Positions 56,463 to 64,000 of a stretch of DNA of 64,000 nucleotides are shown in pieces. The DNA comes from Candidatus Saccharimonadota bacterium (GTDB lineage Bacteria; Patescibacteriota; Saccharimonadia; Saccharimonadales; UBA10212). Made by a program: the position numbers and the translations under genes. The DNA lies in contig JACPKF010000007.1 in NCBI GenBank assembly GCA_016187125.1, positions 835-64,834 of the forward strand, in the 5' to 3' direction. The notes under the pieces are model-generated. The model saw nothing but the letters and a program-made list of their open reading frames with translations. It was not told where the DNA came from and did no database searches. Position 1 is the stretch's first letter; each line of letters opens with the position of its first letter.

Positions 56463-57605
56463 AAACGAGCCAAAAAAATCTCGGCTCTGGCCTTAGGCAT
56501 TATCTATTTATTTCTTAGTTCTGGCTTGGCTTTGGCCGACAGCCGGCCGTATTTTAAAGTTTTTGGCGGCGATGTCTTTAGTGGCGGCTGGTTCAATAGC
56601 GGCACCAACTGCGATACAGCCACTAGCTCTTTTTACCAATACCCTAGTTATCAGCCGGCCGGTTATAATCAAGACGATCGAACTGGCGGCATTTTGAGTT
56701 TTGCCAAGCAAAACGGTGATGGCAATTCGCTGGGCGGTGCCAGCTCGCAATATGGCGCTTTTGCCCTAGGCATTATTGAAGGCTCTGCCGCTGGTGATGC
56801 CAGTAGCCACGGATTTTATAGCGCTGGCGCCCAAGCGGCCACCGGGACACCTACCTCAAGAAATTTGCTAAGTTTTGCTAACGCTGGTAGCTCGGCTAGC
56901 GTCTGGGGCGGTAAGTTTGATGGCGATGTGCCTCAAAGTAATTGCATCGCAGATTATTATGCTAAATTCCCAGATCCCGCGCCGCCGGCTCTGGCTTCAC
57001 TTGATTCGTCTACGGCTTCGGGGGTCTATAGCGCATCGGCTGGCAGTGGCACGACTTATAGTCTAAACGTCTCAGCCGTTAGTTTAAGACCTGGCACCAA
57101 AATAACCATTTACGTTAACGGCAATGTGTTTATAAGCCAAAATATTGTTTATCAGCTTGACAAGGTAGACAACGTGCCCAAGTTCGCACTAGTAGCCAAG
57201 GGTAATATCTATATAGATCCGGGTGTTACTCAACTAGACGGAGTTTATATCGCCCAACCCACAAGCGGCACCGACGGCGGTGATATCTGGACTTGCCATC
57301 CCAATAACACCGACGTTGTGTTATACACCTATCCCAGTAGCTGCACCAACCAGTTAGTGGTTAACGGATCTTTGATAGCCAAACGGGTAGCCTTGCTGCG
57401 GATCAAAGGCGACGTGACCGCCGCCTCAACCAGTGAGGATAATCTCAGTACTGTCGCGGCTTGCACGTCTGCTCCTGGCAGTTGCAATATCGCCGAGATA
57501 ATTAACTATCCGCCGGCCATGGTTGTAGGCGGACCGTTTTTCAACCCGCCTCCGCCCCCCGGCTTGCCAGTTGATAGCCTGATTGCTTTACCACCGGTGT
57601 TTTAA
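56460..57605 (+). CDS. secreted Ser/Gly-rich protein, probably pilus-associated
   Basis: signal peptide MKRAKK..ALA; PYFKV.GGD, GNIYI, C..QL.VNG; lies next to pilM. Confidence 0.65.
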   Translation: MKRAKKISALALGIIYLFLSSGLALADSRPYFKVFGGDVFSGGWFNSGTNCDTATSSFYQYPSYQPAGYNQDDRTGGILSFAKQNGDGNSLGGASSQYGAFALGIIEGSAAGDASSHGFYSAGAQAATGTPTSRNLLSFANAGSSASVWGGKFDGDVPQSNCIADYYAKFPDPAPPALASLDSSTASGVYSASAGSGTTYSLNVSAVSLRPGTKITIYVNGNVFISQNIVYQLDKVDNVPKFALVAKGNIYIDPGVTQLDGVYIAQPTSGTDGGDIWTCHPNNTDVVLYTYPSSCTNQLVVNGSLIAKRVALLRIKGDVTAASTSEDNLSTVAACTSAPGSCNIAEIINYPPAMVVGGPFFNPPPPPGLPVDSLIALPPVF

Positions 57606-57680
57606 GGAGCAAAACTAGCAAGCAACAGGGGAAGGAAAGATTAAGAAAGCACAGCGCTCATGCTATAATCGGAATCAATT

Positions 57681-58721
57681 ATGCATATACTAGGTGGGAC
57701 GTCGGACTTCTTTGGCTTAGACATGGGAGTCAGCGCAGTTAGGGTAGTGCAACTCAAAGGAACAGGACCCACTAAGACGCTGGATCGCTACGGGCAGACG
57801 CCTATCACTGGCACTGTGGCTCTGAGTGACTCTAAGGCCGACCGCCAAAGGATCGCCCAGGTGATCCATGAGTTAACGACGCGGGTAGGTATATCAACTA
57901 AAAATGTGGCGGCTAATTTACCCTCTAGCCGGGTGTTTACGACAGTTATTGATATAGATCGTCTACCGCCTGAAGAGCTTGCCAAGACCATAAGCTATCA
58001 AGCCGAGTCGTATATTCCGACTCCCTTGTCTCAGTCTAAAATTGACTGGGCAATTATTGGTAACTCGCCTAAAGACCCTGGCAAAATTGAACTCCTGCTA
58101 TCTAGTGTGCCCAATGATTTCATCGAAAGGCGGCTCGAGATATTGGAATCCATAGGTCTCAATGTAGTGGCTTTTGAGCCTGATAACATGGCTCTAGTGC
58201 GAGCTATTACTTCACCTGATACGGCTGCTCCTTGGCTAATACTTGATATTGGCAATGCTGCGACGGATTTGGTAGTTGTAGTTGGCGGTATGCCACACTT
58301 GGCTCGTTCTATTCCTATGGGTCAGCAAGCTTTTGTCCGGGCAGCTATTCAAGGTTTGGGAGTTGATCCTTCTCAGGCGGAGCAGTTTGTGTTTAAGTTT
58401 GGCCTGTCTCGCGACAAGCTAGAAGGCCAGGTCTATGACGCCATAATTGGGACTATTGACGGTCTGGTGGCGGAGATCGAAAAATCTATTAAATTCTTTG
58501 GCGAGCGCTACAGAGGCGCCAAGTTGGAGGGGATAGTTGTAACTGGTGGCGCTTCGACATTACCTGAACTGCCGCTTTATCTGGCTAATAAATTTAACTT
58601 GAATGTCGAAATTGGCAACGCTTGGCGGAATGTTAATGTGCCAACCGAACGGCAAAACGAGGTGCTGGCGGTTTCTAACCACTTTGCCGTAGCCGTAGGC
58701 CTGGCGGAGAGAGAGACATGA
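57681..58721 (+). CDS. pilM: type IV pilus assembly protein PilM
   Basis: FGLD.G, LDIG...T, TGG.S, actin-like fold. Confidence 0.92.
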   Translation: MHILGGTSDFFGLDMGVSAVRVVQLKGTGPTKTLDRYGQTPITGTVALSDSKADRQRIAQVIHELTTRVGISTKNVAANLPSSRVFTTVIDIDRLPPEELAKTISYQAESYIPTPLSQSKIDWAIIGNSPKDPGKIELLLSSVPNDFIERRLEILESIGLNVVAFEPDNMALVRAITSPDTAAPWLILDIGNAATDLVVVVGGMPHLARSIPMGQQAFVRAAIQGLGVDPSQAEQFVFKFGLSRDKLEGQVYDAIIGTIDGLVAEIEKSIKFFGERYRGAKLEGIVVTGGASTLPELPLYLANKFNLNVEIGNAWRNVNVPTERQNEVLAVSNHFAVAVGLAERET

Positions 58722-58852
58722 CTACGTCATTCCCGTTCACCGTTCACCGTGCACCGTTCACCGTTAATACATGGTCAACGGTCAATGGCAAATGTAAGGT
58801 AAATGGTAGATGGCTAATTGTAAATGCCTCCGAAGGAGGATCTTGTGGCTAG
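58718..58852 (+). repeat. 7-nt-period element (ttcaccg)n with a coupled 44-aa ORF
   Basis: ATGA overlap with the pilM stop; homolog at 63867-63998. Confidence 0.8.
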
Positions 58853-59555
58853 GATTCAATTTAACCTGCTGCCGGACGTTAAACTGCAATTTGATAAGGC
58901 CAAACGTGTCCAGAATCTAGTCTTTAGGGTAGCTACTGCTGCCAGCGCTACCATGCTGGGTCTCTTTTTGGTGATGCTGGTCGTGGTCCATGTAGTCCAA
59001 AAATCGCAGCTCAGTAGCGCTGCTAAGGCCCAAGATACACTTAGTAGCCAACTAAGCAATATCCCAAATCTAGGACAAATTATAACTATTCAGAATCAGC
59101 TCAAGACATTGGTTGGGTTGCATCAAGCCAAGCACGTTAGCTCGCGCATCTTTACATACTTACCCCAGGTAACTCCGTCAAATGCCAGTATTGGCAAGCT
59201 CGATATAGATCTGGCGGGCAGTACTATGAGCATATCGGGCAATGCCGATTCACAAAAAACGGTTAATACCTTCATTGATACTCTAAAGTTCACGACTTAC
59301 ATGGTTGGTGACCAAGATACCCCTCATAGCGCTTTTACTTCAGTGGTGGAAAGTACCTTTGCCATTAATGCCACCAATGTTAGCTATACCTTAGACATTA
59401 GCTTTGACCCCCAGCTTTTTGCCAACAACTTACTTGACAGCCAAGATCATCCCCAGGAGCCTAAGTTGTCCGTGCCTAAACTTACGACTACCAAGTCGGG
59501 AGTTAATGATGCCAACAATCCAATATTTAAAACTCAATCTGGCGGAGGACAATAA
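58845..59555 (+). CDS. pilN: PilN-like protein
   Basis: QFNLLP motif, TM segment, position after pilM; GTG start after aaggagg. Confidence 0.82.
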   Translation: MARIQFNLLPDVKLQFDKAKRVQNLVFRVATAASATMLGLFLVMLVVVHVVQKSQLSSAAKAQDTLSSQLSNIPNLGQIITIQNQLKTLVGLHQAKHVSSRIFTYLPQVTPSNASIGKLDIDLAGSTMSISGNADSQKTVNTFIDTLKFTTYMVGDQDTPHSAFTSVVESTFAINATNVSYTLDISFDPQLFANNLLDSQDHPQEPKLSVPKLTTTKSGVNDANNPIFKTQSGGGQ

Positions 59556-60238
59556 TGGCAATCGTTTTATCTAAAAAACGACTACAAATAGACAAAACTC
59601 AGTCTAGAATGCTGATAGTAATTGCCCTGTCTACGGTAGTCATTGTTTTTTGCTTGGTGAGCGCTAAAGCACTGCTGGCCCGCGCTACTTACCAAAACCG
59701 GGTGATTAATGCCCGCCACGCAGCCATTAAACAAATCGAGCAGAATATTAAAAACGCGAACACTTTAGTTACTCAATATAATGATGTTTTTGTAGGTACT
59801 AACCCAACTAATATCATTGGCGGGAAGAATGATCCTAGCCCCAATGCCTTGCCGCCAGACGGCGATAACGGCCGGATTGTGCTTGACGCCCTGCCGATAA
59901 GCTATGACTTTCCAGCGTTGCTGACAAGCGTCTCTAAAATACTGGCCAATAATAGTATAGGTGGACCGGCGATTGGCGGCAGCGATCAAAGCTCGGCGGT
60001 AAATAGCGACCCCTCAGCTCACCCAAGTCCAGCTAAAATCGACTTGTCAATTAGCGGCGGCGGCAGTTACCAGGGCGCCCAGACTCTCATTAAAGATTTC
60101 GAAAGATCTATCCGGCCTTTTGATATTACTAAACTATCGCTTTCGGGCAGCGAATCCAGTCTGGCTATAACGATTGGCCTTAATACTTATTTCCAACCGG
60201 CCAAGTCCCTAATGATAACTAGCAAGGAGATCCGCTAG
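59555..60238 (+). CDS. pilO: PilO-like protein
   Basis: TM segment, ALP...D.PALL, G.Y......F..E.S.R. Confidence 0.72.
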   Translation: MAIVLSKKRLQIDKTQSRMLIVIALSTVVIVFCLVSAKALLARATYQNRVINARHAAIKQIEQNIKNANTLVTQYNDVFVGTNPTNIIGGKNDPSPNALPPDGDNGRIVLDALPISYDFPALLTSVSKILANNSIGGPAIGGSDQSSAVNSDPSAHPSPAKIDLSISGGGSYQGAQTLIKDFERSIRPFDITKLSLSGSESSLAITIGLNTYFQPAKSLMITSKEIR

Positions 60239-60505
60239 ATGAAACACAAGGACATGGCAGTTTTAATTACGGTGGCTGTTATCACTGGCTTTATTTCCTT
60301 GATAATGGCCAGCATTTTCTTTAGCGTACCCCAAACCCGAAGCTCCAAAGTACCAGTGGTCGACACTATTACCACGTCCTTGCCTGATATTAAAAATGAG
60401 CCTGTTTATCAATCTATTTTTAACTCCAAGGCGCTCGATCCGGCCCAGCCGGTCCAAATCGGCAATACTCAAAACAACACGCCCTTCAACAGCCGTGGAC
60501 GCTAA
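60239..60505 (+). CDS. small membrane-anchored pilus operon protein
   Basis: N-terminal TM segment, C-terminal N.PF. Confidence 0.6.
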   Translation: MKHKDMAVLITVAVITGFISLIMASIFFSVPQTRSSKVPVVDTITTSLPDIKNEPVYQSIFNSKALDPAQPVQIGNTQNNTPFNSRGR

Positions 60506-60529
60506 GTTTGATAACGGAAGATTAGTAGC

Positions 60530-60781
60530 ATGAATCCTATTAGACTCCAAAAAGATACGGGGGGGATTAATCCCGTTAGACCTATAGCAGAGAATTTCAC
60601 ATTTCACATTTCACATTTCACATTTATTTTACATTTACCATTTGACAGTTTAGACCAATGGTCAATGCTAAATACCAAATCATTGTCTTCGACTCTGAGG
60701 GATGAGACCTCAGGCTCAGACTCGAACGAGAAAATTGGTAATTGTAAATTGGTAATTGCCTCCAAAGGAGGCTGGGGATGA
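60530..60781 (+). repeat. composite element (family L ends, (tttcaca)n, family F) with an 83-aa ORF coupled to pilB
   Basis: ORF stop overlaps the pilB ATG (ATGA); ends gcctccaaaggaggc. Confidence 0.75.
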
Positions 60782-62568
60782 ATATTTTATCGCCTACAAC
60801 TCAACAAAACGTGGAAGGCGAGCTGATTGCTGACGGTCTGGTGTCCGAAAACCAACTTAATCTTTTAAAGAATGAAGCCAAAAAACAAAACCAATCAATC
60901 TTTAGCTTTCTTATTAAAGAGGGTCATATAACTGACGAACAGCTGACTAAAGCGCTAGCCGGTGCCAGCAATGTCCCATATGTAAATTTAAGCCGTGCCC
61001 GAATTAACCCGGCAATACTGGACTTGCTGCCTCAAGATATAGCCTCACGTTACATGGCTGTCCCCTTAGGAGAAATGCAAAATCGTTTAGTGGTGGCTAT
61101 GCTGGATGCCGACAATGTGCAGGCGGTGGATTTCTTGAGTAATAAAATCGGCCGTCCGCTGAAGGTTTACGTCGCCAGCGAAGCTGGTATTCGTTACGTG
61201 CTTGGACAATACGACAGCGCTAGGAGCATTAATAAAATGCTGAATCTGCCTAAAGAGGTAGAGGCCGAAACTAAGGCCGCGTCGGTCTCGCACGTCGGCA
61301 CACCCAATCAAAAAATTCAAACAATCGTTCAAGACTCGCCAATTAGCAAGGCTCTTAGCGCCATCATGGATTACGCCGCCAAAAACCGGGCTAGTGACAT
61401 CCATATCGAGCCGCTGGAAAAGGAATTAAAAATCCGCTGCCGAGTTGACGGTGTTCTGCGTGAAGTCATGAAATTGCCCAAAAGCGCCGAACTGCCACTG
61501 ATCAGCCGCATTAAAATATTGGCCAACCTAAAAATTGACGAGCACCGTATTCCTCAAGACGGCCAATTTTCGATTTCTGCCAGCGGACGGCCGATAGACA
61601 TCCGTGTGGCCATTAGCCCCACCGTTTGGGGAGAGCAGGTGGTTTTGCGGTTGCTGGATAAAACCGGTACTAGCATGCAGCTGGAAGACATGGGCTATAT
61701 CGGTCGGGCCTTACGCATGATTCGTCTAGGCTTGCAGCAGCCTCATGGCATGATCTTAACATCAGGACCGACGGGCTCTGGTAAATCTACTTCGATGTAC
61801 GCCATGATTTCTGAAATAAAGACCGACTCGGTTAATATAGTTACTCTTGAGGACCCGGTTGAATATAAGATTGAAGGCGTCAACCAGATTCAGGTAAATC
61901 CCGACGTCGGCTTAACTTTTGCTACCGGCCTGCGTTCGATTCTGCGTCAGGACCCCGACGTGGTCATGGTAGGTGAAATTCGCGATCGCGAAACAGCCAG
62001 TCTAGCGGTCCAGTCGGCCCTAACCGGACATCTAGTTTTTAGCACCTTGCACACCAATTCGGCAGCTGGCATTTTGCCCAGGTTGCTTGATATGGGCATC
62101 GAACCTTTCTTAATCGCCAGTACAGTTCATACGGTAATTGGCCAGCGTCTACTGCGCCGAACTGTGCCCGGCGGTGAAACTTATTCATCAAGCCTTAGTG
62201 AAACTAAGGCCATCAAAGCTACCATTGGTCATCTATTGCCTAAAACTCCAGCCGAAGTAAAACCGGTAGGCGAGAATCTAGGTTACAGTAACTTGCCACT
62301 AGCCGGCCAAAGCGCTTATACTTTGGTTAAGGGAAAGCCCACGCCCGAAAATAAATTGGGCCTGTCTGGACGCATGGGCCTTTATGAGGTATTTACTGTT
62401 ACTGATAAGATCCAGGATTTAATCTTAAAAAGGGCCACTAGCAATATGATCCAGCAAGTAGCCATTGCCGAGGGTATGATCACCATGCGTCAGGACGGCT
62501 ACCTCAAAGCCCTGGCCGGCCTAACTACTTTACTGGAAGTTAATCGAGTGGCATCAATAGAAGCCTAA
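60778..62568 (+). CDS. pilB: type IV pilus assembly ATPase (GspE/PilB)
   Basis: ASDIHIEP, GPTGSGKS, TLEDPVE, LRQDPD..MVGEIRD, STLHTN. Confidence 0.95.
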   Translation: MNILSPTTQQNVEGELIADGLVSENQLNLLKNEAKKQNQSIFSFLIKEGHITDEQLTKALAGASNVPYVNLSRARINPAILDLLPQDIASRYMAVPLGEMQNRLVVAMLDADNVQAVDFLSNKIGRPLKVYVASEAGIRYVLGQYDSARSINKMLNLPKEVEAETKAASVSHVGTPNQKIQTIVQDSPISKALSAIMDYAAKNRASDIHIEPLEKELKIRCRVDGVLREVMKLPKSAELPLISRIKILANLKIDEHRIPQDGQFSISASGRPIDIRVAISPTVWGEQVVLRLLDKTGTSMQLEDMGYIGRALRMIRLGLQQPHGMILTSGPTGSGKSTSMYAMISEIKTDSVNIVTLEDPVEYKIEGVNQIQVNPDVGLTFATGLRSILRQDPDVVMVGEIRDRETASLAVQSALTGHLVFSTLHTNSAAGILPRLLDMGIEPFLIASTVHTVIGQRLLRRTVPGGETYSSSLSETKAIKATIGHLLPKTPAEVKPVGENLGYSNLPLAGQSAYTLVKGKPTPENKLGLSGRMGLYEVFTVTDKIQDLILKRATSNMIQQVAIAEGMITMRQDGYLKALAGLTTLLEVNRVASIEA

Positions 62569-62573
62569 AGACA

Positions 62574-62797
62574 ATGAACAAAGAACAATGAACACAGAAC
62601 AAAGAATCTGCAGCCCACTGCTCACTGCTCACTGCTCACTGCTTATTGTAGCGACCGGTCATTCGACTCTGCCCATTCGACATGCTCAGGGCAGCCTGAG
62701 CGATAGTCGAAGGCTGAGGGATGGGCTCTCCGTTCGACGGCCTGAGGCCGCTCACGGCTCGAAGGCAGGCTCAGACTCGAAGAGAGGGAGCGTCTAA
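62574..62797 (+). repeat. composite element (7-nt repeats plus family F) with a 69-aa ORF abutting pilT
   Basis: (tgctcac)n, cattcgac..gctcag; TAA directly followed by the pilT ATG. Confidence 0.75.
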
Positions 62798-63862
62798 ATG
62801 CAGCAACCAAAAATTGAAAGCCTGCTCGACGAGGTAGTCAAGCGCAAGGCATCTGATCTGCATCTTCAGGTAGGTTTGCCGGCTGTGATTCGGATTGATG
62901 GTAGTTTGACTTTCTCTCAAAACACCACTGCCTTGAGCGAGCAGATGGTCGAGGTAATGGTTTTCTCACTGCTTGATGAAGACCAAAAACAGATTCTGCT
63001 GCGCGACAAAGAGTTTGATTTTAGTTTTGCCTTTGGTGATCTAGGCCGTTTTCGCGTCAACGCCTTCCATGAACGCGGTAATCTGGCCGCCGCTATGCGT
63101 CTGATTCCTAACGAAATCCGGTCTATCGAACAGCTTGGCTTGCCTAAGGTCCTCAACAGTTTTGCCGACTATCCCCGGGGCTTGGTCCTGGTTACCGGTC
63201 CTACCGGTTCGGGTAAATCCTCGACTCTGGCGGCTTTGATAGACAAGATAAATAACGAACGGCCGGTACATATTATTACTGTCGAAGATCCTATTGAGTA
63301 CACCCATAAGTCCAAAAAAGCGGTGGTGGTGCAAAGGGAGGTTCACTATGACACCTATAGTTTTTCGGCAGCCCTTAGGTCAGCTCTACGCGAAGATCCA
63401 GATGTTGTTTTAATTGGCGAAATGCGCGACCTAGAAACAATTGCCGCCGCCATCACGATTGCCGAAACCGGCCATCTGGTGTTTGCCACCCTCCATACCA
63501 ACAGCGCCAGCCAAAGCATTGATCGCATAGTCGATGTTTTCCCGCCGCACCAACAGCCGCAAGTCCGGTCGCAACTAGGTAATATTTTAATGGCCGTGGT
63601 TTCCCAACGCCTGATTCCGGCGCTCGGTGGCGGCCGGGTGCCAGCCACCGAAATTATGGTTGCCACACCCGCCGTCCGCAATATTATCCGCGAAGGTAAA
63701 AACTATCAACTAGACGCTGTTATCCAAACTGGTGCTGAAGCCGGCATGCAAAGCATGGACAAAACGCTGGTTAGTATGATTCATTCTGGAGTGGTAAGTT
63801 ATGACGAAGCTCGAAATGTAGCTGTTGACGTTGAAGAACTTGACCGTCTGATGAGAGGCTAA
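62798..63862 (+). CDS. pilT: type IV pilus retraction ATPase
   Basis: ASDLHL, GPTGSGKS, EDPIE, LREDPD, AVRNIIRE, GMQSMD. Confidence 0.96.
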   Translation: MQQPKIESLLDEVVKRKASDLHLQVGLPAVIRIDGSLTFSQNTTALSEQMVEVMVFSLLDEDQKQILLRDKEFDFSFAFGDLGRFRVNAFHERGNLAAAMRLIPNEIRSIEQLGLPKVLNSFADYPRGLVLVTGPTGSGKSSTLAALIDKINNERPVHIITVEDPIEYTHKSKKAVVVQREVHYDTYSFSAALRSALREDPDVVLIGEMRDLETIAAAITIAETGHLVFATLHTNSASQSIDRIVDVFPPHQQPQVRSQLGNILMAVVSQRLIPALGGGRVPATEIMVATPAVRNIIREGKNYQLDAVIQTGAEAGMQSMDKTLVSMIHSGVVSYDEARNVAVDVEELDRLMRG

Positions 63863-63866
63863 AGTC

Positions 63867-64000
63867 GTGACTGCGTCACTCCCGTTCACCGTTCACTGTT
63901 CACCGTTCACCATTAAGGCACGGGTAATAGTTAACGGTAAATGCACGGTAAATGGTAAAAGGCTAATGGTAAATGTGGCTTCGAAGGGAGCCGTCTGATG
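63867..64000 (+). repeat. 7-nt-period element with a 43-aa ORF whose stop overlaps the next ATG (63998, probably pilC, outside the window)
   Basis: homolog of 58718-58852; TGATG junction. Confidence 0.78.

Overview
Chromosomal segment of a small-genome bacterium, most likely Patescibacteria/Saccharibacteria. This assignment is inferred from gene content and order and cannot be confirmed here; the genetic code is standard code 11. The housekeeping backbone is argS, msrB, dnaG-rpoD, polA, mutM, holA, rpsT, truB, rpsO-pnp, udg, rnj, ftsK, rpsF-ssb-rpsR-efp, tlyA, ychF, purH and a type IV pilus operon (pilM-N-O-?-B-T, next gene starting at the window edge). Single accessory genes are interleaved between these. 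No rRNA, tRNA, CRISPR array, integrase or transposase was seen. Four unusual features stand out. (1) The last or first 8-19 codons of several core genes (rpoD, polA at both ends, rnj in three copies, pheA, a HAD gene) are present in extra copies. These are identical or near-identical in protein (pheA is more divergent) but heavily recoded at synonymous sites, and they bracket cargo genes or small hairpin elements. (2) At least ten families of palindromic or structured repeats, plus 7-nt-period repeats, are nested in each other and inserted in-frame inside essential proteins, reminiscent of Rickettsia palindromic elements. (3) Intergenic copies keep short ORFs translationally coupled to their neighbours. 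(4) An HTH gene is flanked by copies of a 28-bp palindrome that also occurs alone elsewhere. The window also holds a probable Phe-sensing attenuator before pheA and an AT-rich pair of HEPN-motif genes next to a nucleotidyltransferase.
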